This document shows positions 1-12,405 of a stretch of 64,000 bases of DNA, piece by piece. The translations under genes and the position numbers were made by a program. Origin of the DNA: Minutocellus sp. GHC0000111. Its lineage: Eukaryota. How positions within the stretch are numbered: the stretch's first letter is position 1; each line of letters opens with the position of its first letter. The notes below the pieces were generated by a model. It worked only from the letters and a program-made list of their open reading frames with translations, was not told where the DNA came from and did not search any database. The stretch is from contig OZ361257.1 of NCBI GenBank assembly GCA_977018835.1, positions 1,488,001-1,552,000 of the forward strand, written 5' to 3'.

Positions 1-180
1 CTGCATCAAAACTATGCATGTAATAAACACCATGAGCGCCCGACAGCCAAAAAAACAGTCACAGGCCCATAACTCGACGAATATTGGCCAGATTCGGAGA
101 TGAGCCAAAAGATAGCTAAGGACCATGGGATGGTAAAATGGAAGCCGTAGGGGGCAAAAAATTAAATGGGAAGTTTACGG
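1..180. mobile_element. Right end of a probable Tc1/mariner-pogo-like DNA transposon (left part outside window)
   Basis: Segment ends ...GGGAAGTTTACGG followed by TA (181-182). The reverse complement reads TA|CCGTAAACTTCCC, a CCGTA-type terminus with a TA target site. Protein-like sequence starts abruptly right after it. Only one end is visible. Confidence 0.45.
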
Positions 181-181
181 T

Positions 182-493
182 AAGCATCGTCCATACAGGA
201 CGGAGGAAGATGCCCTGGCCATCGCCGAAGAGGTTTACTACGCGGTCATTCGCTCTATTTACCGATCGTATTCTCAGGGACATGTTGCGGCCTACATGCA
301 CTACGGCGGCGGCAACGCTGGGCAGCACCAGCAGCAGCATCTGTACCAGCAGCAGCAGCAGGCTACCAACCATTCGGCGGAGATGATGACCACGCCTCAC
401 CGCAATGCACGTGCCGCTGCTGCTGGGCCTCGCGGATCTCCTCGTGGTGCGGATGAATTCGATGCTTCGGAGAACGGAGCCAACAAGAATTGA
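182..493 (+). pseudogene. 3' fragment of an unidentified protein-coding gene, cut off at the putative transposon end
   Basis: Open frame KHRPYRTEEDALAIAEEVYYAVIRSIYRSYSQG...QQQQ...ANKN* begins at the TA junction with no start codon at its 5' end; coding-like composition. Confidence 0.4.
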
Positions 494-770
494 CAGCATT
501 GCCAAGCAATCCACAATTTGGACCGGATGGGCCGGCCGTACAGTAGAGGGCTTGGGAATAGCATTGTCAATAGAAAGTATTACGTAGAAGCTAAGCACAC
601 TCTGCATAGGAGTCAATTGAGTCACCTATATATGTATGTAACCTATATATATATATATTATGTATGTAGCATGCCACGTCGTACATGATGTAAAAGGAAA
701 AGGAGGGCACCACCAATAGATCTATCGCATGTGTGGCAACATGACAATGCAGCAGTTTCATTCGTTTGCT

Positions 771-830
771 CGCCCGATAGCCAATAAATATTACTCGCAA
801 GGCCATAACTCGACGAATATCGATCGGATT
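771..830 (+). repeat. Diverged ~60-bp copy of 37-94 (dispersed repeat/TE remnant)
   Basis: CGCCCGAYAGCCAA...CCATAACTCGACGAATAT..GATT occurs in both places; the 18-mer CCATAACTCGACGAATAT is identical at 67-84 and 803-820. Confidence 0.75.
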
Positions 831-892
831 GACCTCAGGGTTGAACAAAAAGAAAATTTACTACCGGTAGGACCAGGGGATAAAAAGGATTC

Positions 893-966
893 AGCCTACT
901 CGCCGATTCGAACGACGGGCCTTTTCATTACGAATGAAATGCTCTAACCAACTGAGCTAAGCAGGC
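893..966 (-). tRNA. tRNA-Thr (anticodon CGT)
   Basis: Minus strand GCCTGCTTAGCTCAGTTGGTTAGAGCATTTCATTCGTAATGAAAAGGCCCGTCGTTCGAATCGGCGAGTAGGCT folds as a cloverleaf: anticodon stem TTTCA/TGAAA, loop TTCGTAA, T-loop TTCGAAT. A TTTTT Pol III terminator follows. Confidence 0.96.
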
Positions 967-1299
967 AATCATTCGAAGGCGAAATTTCATAATTTATAAA
1001 AATTGGTAAAATACGGTTTTCTGCCACGACATCGACAAGCAAGCAGGACGCCAGCCGCCCACGCTTCATCACTCATCGCGCGCCACGATCGACATACCGT
1101 TGTACCGTCTCTCACACACCCTCCTCGCCCCAACTAGTCAACGCGACCGACCGTGCGCGTACTCCATTCATTTGCACATAGGTGGCCCTGAACTTCCTTG
1201 ATTTGCGATAGTGCTCTCTCTTGTGCCATCACCAACCCTCCCACCCCCCATCACCACTCCCACATCCCACCCCACACTCTCGCCCAACCCCACACCACC

Positions 1300-1819
1300 A
1301 TGGTATTCGTCGGGGGAAAGCTCAGTCTCAAGGGAGACAAGAAGAAAAAGGGCAAAAAGAAAAAGTCGAAATCCAAGCATGACAAGAAGAAGAGCAGTCG
1401 TGACGAAGAGGCGGCAGCGGCTGCCGCAGCGGCCGCAACGACCAACAGCAGCGACGACGACGACGAAGATGAAATGACCGAAGCCGAACGCAAGGCACAG
1501 AAATACAAGCAAAAGGCCGAAAAGAAGGACCTCGAAAAGGCGGCAAAGCAAAGCCATCGGGATCGAGTGGAGGAATTCAGTCAGAAGCTGTCGGAACTGA
1601 CCGAGCTCAACGACATCCCGAGAGTAAGTTTCATGTGCATTCTGTGTTGTCGTGCCCAGATACTTACAGAATTGCATTTCGGAAATAGATTTTTTTGGTG
1701 CTGCATTTCGTAATTTTCATGTGCTCCTGCTCTATATATACTATCGTCAAGATGACACTGACACTCTTCACTGCAATTCTCCACAAACCCAATAGGTCAG
1801 TGCCGCTGGAAATGGATAA
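1300..1819 (+). CDS. FAM32A/DUF1754 family small lysine-rich protein; intron 1624-1795
   Basis: MVFVGGKLSLKG N-terminus, MTEAER, and SHRDRVEEFSQKLSELTELNDIPR|VSAAGNG* after splicing GTAAGT...ATAG. Confidence 0.85.
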
Positions 1820-2433
1820 ATCCCGTGCCGCACAAGTCGAAAGTTTGGTTGGCCGCGTGCTGTGGGAAGCAAAGCAATTGGGCGAATACTGCATGTGCAG
1901 CTCAACTGGCGAAAAATCTGTGGGAGGACAGACAGTCAGTCCTTGCTTTTTGCTCCAATGTTACTGGCTCGTTTCATGTACATTGTATCGTCCAAAGACT
2001 GAAATTTGGAGCGGATTATCATTTGTAAAAGGGATAAATAAATGATCAAGATGCGGCAGTGCAAGAAATGCAAACAGTGATGGCTTTTATTGTGACAAAG
2101 AAGCAGCAACATCCGGATCGTTGGGGAGGATTTTGATATTGTCGAACGATGTCCACCTTGATTGCATGTGCCGTATTCACTTTTAGCTAGTCTAGAGTAG
2201 AACTTACAGTATTGACGTCCTAGCTAGCCATATATGTGGCTACGTAGATCTAGTACTAGTACATGTAGGTCCGATCTTCTATCGAGTTCTCTCGGCTTTC
2301 GCTCCAGTCAGTCCATCATCAGTCAGAGTTTTCCTTTCTCTTGTCCGTCCGGTCCGTCCGTCGTCGATCAGTGAGTCAGTGACCGCGATCGGGATGCAGC
2401 GATTGCATTTCTTCCACATCCTGCCTGCCAACA

Positions 2434-3333
2434 ATGGCCGTCAGCCGCCTCCCTCTGATCTGTATCTACCTCGCAACCTCTTCGAGCGGTTTCATCCTTC
2501 CCTCCGCCGCACGCAGCAGCAGCAGTATCTTGCCGTTGGTTGGAAGCTCAGCAATCAGTTACACATCACGCAGCATGGCCACTACACCTGAATCCGAAAG
2601 TGCCGCAGCCGCCGGTCTGGGAGATATTGGCAAGAGTGGTGGAGGTAACAAGGGACGAGGAGGACGCAACCACCAAACTCCCGACGAATCGGTTGTTCCA
2701 TGGAGGGAGAGGATCAACGGTTCCATCGCTCGCTCTAGGAAAATTCGGGGTGGCAACTACGTGCAGATCGCCACCGTGGATCCCGAGACATGCGAGCCTC
2801 GTTGCCGCACGGTGGTGTTTCGAGGATTCCTCTCGCCGCGACCAAACGAGGATGGGTCGGCGGCAGACAAGGGAGAGGAATCCTGTGTCATGAAGATGAT
2901 CACCGATCTCCGTTCGAGCAAGGTCGGCGAAGCATCGGGCCATACTTCTCCCGCAACCGCCAACACTTGCGAGTTGGTATGGTGGTTTGCCAAGAGCAGC
3001 GAGCAGTACCGTGTAAGAGGAAAGCTGCAGTTTGTGGGTGGCGATGAAAGCGACGACTTTTTGGTCAGAATGAGGAAGGAGCAGTGGGGCAATCTATCGG
3101 ATATGGCCCGAGAGCAATTCTACTGGCGTGATCCGAGTATTGAATATGAGCCTCAGGTGAAGGTTCCTGAGGGTGGTCGAGGCGGGGACGGCAAGGTTTT
3201 GCCTCCTCCTGATAACTTCCTACTCATGCTGCTCAACCCCACACGCGTCGACTATTTGCGCCTTACAGACAACTTTCGTCAATTCGACGAGCTTGAAGGA
3301 GAAAAATGGGTTGAGAAACGAGTTAACCCATAG
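2434..3333 (+). CDS. Pyridoxamine 5'-phosphate oxidase-like FMN-binding protein, probably plastid-targeted
   Basis: YVQIATV...PRCRTVVFRGF, TDLRSSK, EQYRVRG, VDYLRL motifs; N-terminal signal peptide followed by SSG-F. Confidence 0.88.
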   Translation: MAVSRLPLICIYLATSSSGFILPSAARSSSSILPLVGSSAISYTSRSMATTPESESAAAAGLGDIGKSGGGNKGRGGRNHQTPDESVVPWRERINGSIARSRKIRGGNYVQIATVDPETCEPRCRTVVFRGFLSPRPNEDGSAADKGEESCVMKMITDLRSSKVGEASGHTSPATANTCELVWWFAKSSEQYRVRGKLQFVGGDESDDFLVRMRKEQWGNLSDMAREQFYWRDPSIEYEPQVKVPEGGRGGDGKVLPPPDNFLLMLLNPTRVDYLRLTDNFRQFDELEGEKWVEKRVNP

Positions 3334-3448
3334 ATCTCTTGATTTGAGTGAGGCTTATGCTAAAAAAATCGTTCTCTTTCGATTGAATATCTAGTACCAT
3401 TGGTAGTTTTTTTTACTTTTCCGCTTCGAATAGCCATGTAGCAGCTGA

Positions 3449-4935
3449 TTAGCTCACAGTATCCGGAGAAATAGCACGGCTCTTACCACGCCCCATGTCC
3501 ACCTCTATGGAAGACCCCTTGAGACGCTTCGAAGAGTCGCGATCATCGACCGAGGTAGTTGCGACAATGCCACCGCTCACCGATGAGGCTCTGCTACTGG
3601 ATGCACTACCAGCTCTTTGGTACGACGACTTGCCCTTGGAAAGTTTGGCCTTCCTCTTGAGCTCCTTCTTGGCCTCCTTGGCCTCTCTCTTGGCCTTCCG
3701 TCGGCGATCCTCCTCCTCCTCTCTCTTCTTCACCTCTTCCGGCTCGTACTTCATCACAAAATTGCTCTGAGCATTGAGTTCCCGAGCGCGCTTGGCAAGA
3801 TGCGGGTAGTGCGTATCGAGCTGACACAGCCACTTGTATGCCATTTTCTTTCGGCCGGTTCGGGTTTTCGTCCATACGATATCGAAATTGCGCTGAGAGC
3901 AAAAGTTCTGGGTGATGGCAACAGTATGCGTAACATTCAAAACAGAATGCCACCAACCATACGGGATGTACACACTCTCACCAGGATGCTGTGTGAATTC
4001 ATATAACACGCAAAGTCTTGATAATCTCCAGTCCCGCCAGAGGCGGCAGCACGACGCTTGATGCGGGGAAGAATGAAATCGAAGTAATGCACGGCCTCAT
4101 CGTCCTCATTCTTTCGAACCAATCCCTTCCCCTTCGCTATATGCTTTGGAACCTGAGGAGGGAACAAGACCCATCGCTTCTGACCGTACAGCAGCGTGTT
4201 CCATGCCGCCGTTCCCAGCGGATCGATATGAACGCACGTTCCACTTCGCTCGGGACCAATGAGAAACCATCGATACGGCGGCCGACGTCGCTCCCCCACC
4301 AGATGGAACAAATCCTCGTCAAAGTACGACGGCACCTTGTAATCCTTGAGCAGCTGCTTGCCACCCCGATCCTCGTCGAAGGCACTGTCAAAGATGTAGA
4401 GAGGAGAGTCGTCTCGATTGTCGCGCAGATACCGCATAAAGTGCTTGAGCTTCATCTTGACGGACTTGCCGTCGTCGTCCTCCCCAACCTTGAACATGCG
4501 ATTGCGCAGGTCGGGGTCGTTCTCCAACCGTTCCAGATCGGTCCAACGGCGCGTGGCCGGCCACCCCTCCTTCGCGGGGATGCCGCGGATTACCGATGGA
4601 ATTCCCCTGGCCTCATACTCCTGCTGGAACGTCTCCACGGACGTCGTGTTGGCATCGACGATGGCCGGGACGGCAATGCCGCCGCCGGCGCTGCTACTAT
4701 TACCACCACCACTACCGCTGCCGCCGCTGGCGCTGCTACTATTACCACCACCACTACCGCTGCCGCCGCTGGCAGACGTCTCGGCGGTGCCAGGAATGAA
4801 GGCCTCGTAGTTGGGTCGCTTGTTGAGCGATTCGACGAATCTTGGGAATGACCACGCCATACCATCGCAGGTCCAGTCCTTCAGACTGGAACGGTGGAGC
4901 CTCTTGGCCCGCTTGGCCTTCTCTCTCCATCCCAT
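3449..4935 (-). CDS. JMJD6: JMJD6/PSR-type JmjC hydroxylase; 2-nt frameshift at ~4001-4005
   Basis: FKVGEDDDG, DDSPLYIFDS, RPPYRWF, GPERSGTCVHIDPLGT, then (other frame) QHPGESVYIPYGWWHSVLN and VAITQNF. Confidence 0.9.
4687..4773. repeat. 42-bp tandem repeat x2 inside JMJD6 (encodes SGGSGSGGGNSSSA)
   Basis: Two direct copies of GCGCTGCTACTATTACCACCACCACTACCGCTGCCGCCGCTG. Confidence 0.9.
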
Positions 4936-5143
4936 GGTCTTTACTCTTCTGCTCTCTCACCCTCTCACAGCGTGGATGGAGTCGAAAATGACGAAAATCG
5001 AAAAATGAGTGGTCTCAAGGCGTTGTACGTAGCCACATTGTAGTCCCGTTTACGACCACCGTATTACGTACGTTGGAAATCATTCTGTCTCTTCTAAGTT
5101 CAGAAGAAGCAAAGGAAGATACGCTGGTAGGAATTCCTACAAC

Positions 5144-6055
5144 ATTTGCCATTTACGTGGTCCATCCACATGTATCCTGGCAGCCGGCCTTCTACTGCTG
5201 ATCTCACAACCATGCGCCAACTCGTTTGTCGTCTCACCTGCTCTTCCGGCAGCTGCAACTCATGCAAGTCATCTCACCGCCATGAAATCGTCAGCTGAGA
5301 GTAAAAGTGATTCTGGGGGCAAAGGCAAGAGCAAAGGAATCAAGAAAGACAACAAGGCCATGACATTCCTGCGCAAGATTGGTCGGGTGGGAGGTAACAA
5401 GGACTTTGTTAATGCAGTGGGCAGCGATGAAGGACCGGCTGGCAAGGCTTCGGGGCCTTCATTGATGACCAAGGCACCCGCAGCCTTCCAGAGTTGCGTC
5501 GATTCGGGTACCATTGATGACATGTCGGAGAACTTTCCATACACCAGCTGCGGTACTACGTGGAGAGGATTTACAGATCAAGTCATGGGCGGAGTGAGCT
5601 ACGGACGGTTGGAGAGGGAGCAAGATGTGGAGGGACGGACGGCAAATGTGCTCCACGGCAAGGTATCGCTCTACAACAACGGGGGATTCGTACAAATGGC
5701 GACCGATCTGAGCCTGGATCCATTTGTTGGAAGTGTCGATGCCTCGGATTACGATGGTATCGAGCTAGATGTACTATGTCAGGGGAAGGATGACACTGGA
5801 AGCTTCAACGTTCATCTGCGCAATCCTGCGTGCGCGCGCCAGAATTCGAGCTACAGAGCAACGTTCCAAATCGAGAGTGGCAAGGGTTGGAAGACTGTTC
5901 GACTGCCGTGGAAGGACTTCAAGGGGTTTGGCCCTGGACCAGAAAGTACACCATTTGATGTGACCGAGTTGCGGAGAGTGGGTATTGTGGCAATAGGAAG
6001 AAAAATTGAAGACTTGAATCTCGCCCTTGGAGGCTTACGGTTTTACTCTGCCTGA
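5144..6055 (+). CDS. CIA30/NDUFAF1-domain protein with in-frame plastid-type presequence upstream of the first ATG (5282)
   Basis: DQVMGGVS, VSLYNNGGF, DYDGIEL, VRLPWKDF motifs. The upstream open frame reads (I)CHLRGPSTCILAAGLLLLISQPCANS-FVVSP. Start position uncertain. Confidence 0.85.
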   Translation: MCHLRGPSTCILAAGLLLLISQPCANSFVVSPALPAAATHASHLTAMKSSAESKSDSGGKGKSKGIKKDNKAMTFLRKIGRVGGNKDFVNAVGSDEGPAGKASGPSLMTKAPAAFQSCVDSGTIDDMSENFPYTSCGTTWRGFTDQVMGGVSYGRLEREQDVEGRTANVLHGKVSLYNNGGFVQMATDLSLDPFVGSVDASDYDGIELDVLCQGKDDTGSFNVHLRNPACARQNSSYRATFQIESGKGWKTVRLPWKDFKGFGPGPESTPFDVTELRRVGIVAIGRKIEDLNLALGGLRFYSA

Positions 6056-6247
6056 GCTTATATAAATATTATCGCACGGTTGAGGAGAAAACAATGTATA
6101 CCTAGCTAGATCTACAGCTCCAAATATTCTAATATCGCCATTTTGATACGCCTCTAATTTGCAATTGCAGATCAAAAATATATCTCTACTAGTAGTGAGC
6201 ATGTCGTATGCTAGATCTACGTAGCTACTTTGTTCAAAGCAAAGCAT

Positions 6248-9200
6248 CTACCCCTCTTCCTCTTTCTCGTAATCAGGGTTATCTTTCACGATAACAATGC
6301 CTTCCAGAACACTGCTGACGCTCAATACCTCCTCAGTACCGAGCTCTGCTCTCTCCTTGGTGCCAAGAAGGACGGGGGTGGTGTGCGTTTGGAAGCCAGT
6401 AATCGTCTTGGGCTTACCGGCCTGGCCGACGGTCTCGACCGCCTGACCGACGCGGACGGTAACCGGCCGCCACTCCATATCGTCGTTAACCGTGATGATC
6501 ATTCTAGGATTCATGGCACACGTGAGGTAGTAAAGCAGATAGTGCGTCTTGTCCAACAGAGTGCTCTTGAGGTCAAGGCAGGAGTGGATCAACACGAGCA
6601 TACCGCCAAGAGCGGCTGGATTCATAAGCATTCGGTCCGAGTGGACCGGATTCAGCGTTATCAAACCCTTGCCCATGTGAAGCAACCCCTGCGAAATTCG
6701 GACGCAGAACATGTGTCCAGCCTCCTTGCTGTAGAACTCGCCAAGTTGACGGAGCAATCCAGCGACGCGGGAGTTGTTGGTACCGGCACTGACGATGCCC
6801 ATGGCCAGAACGGCATTCTGTGATATTTCCGTATCAGGATCATGCGATAAGCGCGAGAGCTGGTCGATAATTCCATAGTCGGGGTTGGAGATGTTGAGAA
6901 CAGCCAAAGCCAAAGGAACGGCACGCTTGATGGGAAGCTCGCAGTAGTGAAGAAGATGCTCAAACGCACGGAGAGCCATCTCCGATCCGACGTCTTCGCC
7001 CATTGCAATCATGCCGATGCCAATGACTGCCGCCATCTGATGCTCGGCATCCTCGGTGAGATGCTCGGTGCAGTGATGAAGCATCTCCTGAATCTTGAGG
7101 ACATTGCCACTGCCAGCGTAGGCACAGGTCTCCAATACAACTGCCGCATACTTGGCAATCTTGTGCTCAACGGTCTTGAGCGCCTCGATCATGGCGTCGG
7201 CCTTCTCCATTCGTCCGAGGAAGAGCAAACCAAGGCCGAGACATAGGAATCGCGCATGAGAGTGGTCCAGCTCTTCATCTGTGGCCTCCATCATCCGTTG
7301 GACGATGGTGCTTCCCACGGTCTCATCGCACTTGCCGACGTAGATCATACCCAGAGCCAGAGCAGCAAGCGACACCTCGAGCATGCCATCGGCGCCACCC
7401 TCCGACGCCTCAACGACTGGAAGGAGAAGGTCCATTACCTCTTCCCTAGCGGCACCGGCGTAGGCAATACCAAGACCGGTGCAGGCGGCGCACTTCATAA
7501 TGTGTACATCGCCCTCGATGTGCTCGGACAGCAGCGCAAGGGCCGGGTCAGCATCGTTCTTAACGCCGCTGCTGAGGATGCCGACGGCAAGAGCGGCACC
7601 GGCCTTGACGTAGTCCTCGGACGAGTACAGGAACTTGTCGATCTGGGTCAAACCCTCCTCGACGTTCCAAAGGAGGATGGAACCGAGCGATGCCGCGGCC
7701 GACATCATACCATGGTCCTTGTTCTTGTACAGCCACTCGTTGTCGGGCGTCATGAGTTTGTCTTGGCCAAAGCCAGCGTTGACGAAGGCATTCACGAAGG
7801 TACTAGCAAGGTTGGCACGGGCAGAATCCACCTGAGCACCACCGGTGTCCCTCCGACGGCTGAAACCACCGGTCTCGGCGAGGTGGGACTTGTAGATATC
7901 CTCGGGAGTTTTGGGGTCCATAACGTCGAGGTCCTGGGCGACCTTGAGGAACTGCTCACTGAGCTTGACGTTGCCGATCAGCTCGTTGAGCTCATCTTCA
8001 TCGTCGTCATCCTCAATCTCATAGTTCACCCTGTGTCGGGCCAGGAGGAGGCACATCTGCTTCTTCATGAGGGCATCCTCGGCGGCACCGACCTGCTCGA
8101 ACAGCTCGGGGATGGCCTCCTCGTTGCTCATGCGCAGTGCGACGCGGAGGGCGTCGAAGAACTGTCCCTGCTTCCGGAACAGCTCATAGGCCGTCTCGAG
8201 CATCTCGACGTAGTCGTCGGGGTCGGACATGAAGTCGGCCGTCTTGGTCAGGTACAGACAGATACGGCCGTAGTTGTGCTCGTTGATGGTGTCCAAATCC
8301 AACAGCTTCTTGAGGCGCTGGACCTCGATGAGAAGGTCGACGGCCTCGGCCTCGGCGTTGTGCGATACGTGGAAGGGGACGATGACATCGACCATGAAGA
8401 GGAGGTCGGCGAACTGGGCGTCGTCGTCGGGGTCGGACCCGGCGATGACGCGGGCGTTGTACTCCTGGCCGATCTCGCCGGCCAGACTTCGGACGAACTC
8501 ATGTCCCCAGGCTCCGAGGTTGTCGTCGTCGGGACGGGTGGCGGCCGAGTTGGACTCGTAATCCTTGAAGGCCGACAGTTTGAATTGGAGGGACTCTCTC
8601 TCCTCTGAATTATTTGTGGGGTGATGGATGGTGGTGCCAAGAGTGGGGATGGAAACACATTGCACATGTTGCGCATGAGTAAATATGCATATAGTAATGG
8701 TATCTCAAAACAGAAGACAACAAATCACCAAACCACCACCGAGAAGCAGTCGGCACATGCATCCACATGCACGTATGCGATGCATACATGTAAGATACCG
8801 GCCCCGACGTGCCCACAAAAAAAATGCCAAAAAACAAACATCAAAACATTGAACACCCAAAAGACGTACCGTGCTTGCCCATGGTCATGGCCAAAACCGA
8901 CAAAACATCGGCCAACCGCGCCCGGAGGGTCAGCATCTCCACGTCGGACTGGACGGTCTCGTCGGCGATTCCAGCATGGAGCTTCTTGAGGGTATCAAAG
9001 TGGGGACGCAAAAATTTCAGCGGCTTGGGGACGCTGGTCATGCTGGACGTGGCGCTGCGGAGCTCCGTGACGATGACGTCCAGAGCCTTGAGGCGGAGGG
9101 GGACCGTCACACCCGCCTCGTTGGCGGCATTGGTCACGGTGGTGACGCAGGTCTCGAGCCGATCCTTGAGCTCCTGGTCCTCCTCCGACAGGGTGTTCTC

Positions 9201-9374
9201 CTCGACGATGGCATCGTCCTTGTTGCCCTTGCCCTTCTTCTTGTCCTTCTTGGACTTTTTGCCCGATTTTTTCTTATTGTCGGACCCACCACCGCCGTTC
9301 TCCTTCTTGGCCTTTTCGGTCTCGGCCGTCAGGTCCACCGCATTCTTCTCGTCGTTCTCGTTGGGGGACGCCAT
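6248..9374 (-). CDS. RPN1: 26S proteasome regulatory subunit RPN1/PSMD2; intron 8605-8869
   Basis: ATSSMTSVPKPLKFLRPH, DSARANLASTFVNAFVNAGFG, GTNNSR, VRVGQAVETVGQAGKPKTITGFQTH; a GT...AG intron restores the frame. Confidence 0.97.
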
Positions 9375-9650
9375 GGTCTCCGGAGGATGTGCTGGCCAAA
9401 GATGAGAGCGTCTCCATGCCGCTCTACGCCGTTCTTTTTACGTTTTTGACTGAAAACAGGAGAAAAAATCAGTTCGGGAGTGTAAGGAACGGTCTGGCTT
9501 CGTACGTCAAGCGTTTGTATCTTCTGCATGATTTGTGGTCAGTGTTCAGGCGTGGCGGGTGCCGACCGGACAAACGGCTCCCTGTTGGCCGTCCGATACC
9601 CCAACTGATTCTCGTATCCCATATCGCTCGCCGTGCTGTGCGTTGCGTCG

Positions 9651-11655
9651 ATGGTTGCCGCTTCGGCCTCGTCGAGCAGCAGCACCAAAAATGAGCCGAC
9701 GGCTTCCCCCTCTCCCTCGCCCCTGACCCTCGGTGGTGTCACCGTCTCGTCGACGACGCTGGTGGTTCTGATTGTGTCCCTCCGGATTGGGTTGGCCAAC
9801 CTTGCCCCCATCTCCGATTGCGATGAGGTCTACAATTACTGGGAGCCGATGCATTTCCTTCGCTTCGGAACGTGAGTAAAGTGCACAATACCTCGCTTTC
9901 TCGACTTGCACGTGGCACGTTTACGATGGGTTATTATTTTATTCTGTTGGCAAGCCGCTCATAATTTATGTACCTACCCACCCCCTGCCCTCCGCTCAAT
10001 ACTACTACAGCGGAATGCAAACATGGGAATATGGGGCGCAGTATGCCCTCCGAACATATGCCTACCTCGTCCCGATGGCCCTGCTGTCTAAGATGTACGA
10101 GCGATTCTTGTCCATCCTGCCTTCAAGTCTCATCGGCATCCTCGGTCGAAGTCTATCCCTCCCATTTGTGGCCATCAAGCCGCTCCAATTCTGTATGCTC
10201 CGATCAACGCTGGCAGCCATGACGGCCATGTCCGAAATCAATCTATACAATGCCCTTTTGCAGAACATATCGCCGACGGTCGCCACCTTCTTCCTCATCG
10301 CCTCCCTCAGCTCCGCGGGTATGTTCCACGCGGCACCGGCCTACTTACCCTCGGCGCATTTCATGTCCTGCTGGATGTGCAGCGCCGCGGCGCAGCTACG
10401 GGGTAATGATGCCGAGGCGATTGTGTTGGGACTAATTGCCGTTCAGGCCTTCGGTTGGCCCTTTTCGGCGGTATTGTTTGTAACCACCGGCCTTTGGGCT
10501 GTGTGGAAGGCAGCTGGGACCATTATGCAAGGGAAGAGCAATGGATCAGCTCCCAACATCGGTGCTGTTGTCAGACTTTTGGCACGGACGGCCCTTCATG
10601 CCACAGTCATTCAGATTGTTGTCATGACCATCGATTACTTTCACTACGGCAAAATCGTATCGCCTACATTCAACATATTTGTCTACAATACGAAGGGACA
10701 GGGAGACGAGCTATATGGAATCGAGCCCTTATCGTACTACGCCAAGAATCTATTTCTCAACCTCAACTTTGTGTCTATACTGGGTCTTTTCGCCCTACCA
10801 GTCGTCGTATTGAAGAGATTATTAAAGAGCTGTCCCACCACGGAAGCGTTCACCAGCAAAATGCTCGTGCTTCTCCCGATGTATGTCTGGCTGGCGATTG
10901 TAGCCCCCAGACCGCACAAGGAGGAACGATTCCTCTTTCCTGTCTACCCTATGCTATGCGCCGGTGCTGGGATGATTGTTGAGGAAGTAGCCTCTATCAT
11001 AATTCATCTTATGGGGCAGCTAATTGCATCGTCTCTCAACCGGAATGACAAGAACAAGACAAAGCAGGGGCTTCTCGCGGCCGCGTTGATACCGATTGTA
11101 TTGGTTTCAATTAGCAGGTCCGCCGCCCTGGTTGTCAACTACTCCGCTCCACTCAAGACATATGCGCACTTTCACGATGCTGTGATAGCCGCCAATCATG
11201 ATACACCCGTCACGGTCTGTGTGGGCGGGGAATGGTATCGCTATCCTTCCTCTTTCTACCTCCCTCCCAACGACCACCTCGGATTTCTCAAATCATCCTT
11301 TGAAGGTCAGTTACCCCAACCATTCACCGAGTATGGATCCCAAGAGAAAAGTCTTACCGTTCAAAAAGGGAAATTCAACGATATGAGTGAAGAGGAAGAG
11401 GACAGATATGTCGACATCAAGACATGTTCGTATGTGATTGAACTGGTCAACGAAGATGACACTTCTGGAGCTCACGTACCGGAAGGCTTGCAATACATCG
11501 CAAAGGATGGTGCAAAGAAATGGCGACAAGTCGCGCAATACAAATATCTCAGTGTAGATCGGACGTCATTTCTGCATCGAATTTTGTACATTCCTATTTT
11601 CCGTAATGGACACGTCGTCTACGATAATTACGCAATCTATCAGCGCGTGGGTTGA
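9651..11655 (+). CDS. ALG9: ALG9 alpha-1,2-mannosyltransferase (GT22); intron 9872-10010
   Basis: ISDCDEVYNYWEPMHF|..GMQTWEY, PHKEERFLFPVYP, VCVGGEWYRYPSSF, GQLP. Confidence 0.95.
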
Positions 11656-11728
11656 AGGCGAATTTCCTGTCTCTTGACTGGTGAGTGCTGTCAGGCAACA
11701 TTTGTACGCACCTCCTTCCCAAATAGCA

Positions 11729-11818
11729 ATCTATGATGATGACTTTGGAAGCAAAATTATAATCCGAACCTTCATGACGGAGAAACCCAATTCTTTATTT
11801 TCATGTGCGCTCTGAGAC
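11729..11818 (+). ncRNA. Candidate box C/D snoRNA
   Basis: C box ATGATGA 11733-11739, possible D' CCGA / C' ATGACGG, D box CTGA 11812-11815. TTCATGTGCG upstream of D could pair with the conserved LSU rRNA segment CGCGCAUGAA (one G-U). It could instead be a degraded exon. Confidence 0.35.
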
Positions 11819-12318
11819 TAGCTAGTTTGGTGGATGCCTTTCAAGCTTTATCTGAGCAGCACCAAGCGCAGGAAAAGGCAGCACGCTTACTCTCTTCAAA
11901 TTTCCACGCCTCTCCCTTCCAAACATTTCCAGACGAGCGCTAAGATTGTTATGGAGGTAAGTTGACTTCTGTGTGATAATTCTGCCCGTGCTATTTATAG
12001 GAGCGATGAACGTGATGATTGATCAATCGATAGTCCAATTGCTATCAGACAACTTGCTGCTGACAACCCGATTTTTCCACAGCTGCTAGGTGATCTGACT
12101 CTCGCTACTTTGAAAATGTATCAAGCAGACATGCTACATGTTGACTTGCTTCGTCTCACTCATGTGTTTTTTGTTTGAACTATTACATTCCCAGCGCAGA
12201 GGGCCCAAAACGGGAAGCGATATTGTTTCGCTCGGGTAGTATCTGATCTGTTGAGCCAAAGGTACGTAGTCTGACAAAAGAAGATACTCAATATTGTATC
12301 GCTAGAGCAAAATATGGT

Positions 12319-12405
12319 AGAACATGATGAAAACATTTATTATTGGAGCTGTCTAAATTATTCTATGTTGATTCAGATAAATTACATTACGAGTAGACTG
12401 ATTCT
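12319..12405 (+). ncRNA. Intronic box C/D snoRNA, probable 18S rRNA guide (snR77/SNORD65-like target region)
   Basis: Terminal stem AGAA/TTCT, C box ATGATGA 12324-12330, C' ATGTTGA 12365-12371, D box CTGA 12398-12401. TATTGGAGCTG (12341-12351) is complementary to conserved 18S CAGCUCCAAUA. It lies in intron GTACGT(12262)...CTAAC...CAG(12418). Confidence 0.72.

Noticed and set aside
7256..8608. 450-aa plus-strand ORF (and similar long antisense ORFs at 4018-4851, 17943-18968, 23831-24874, 54072-54878)
   Set aside because: Antisense shadows of GC3-rich real genes; no recognisable motifs.
11970..12065. Third C/D snoRNA listed as a feature
   Set aside because: Boxes are degenerate, there is no clear terminal stem, and the rRNA complementarity is imperfect; mentioned only as a candidate.
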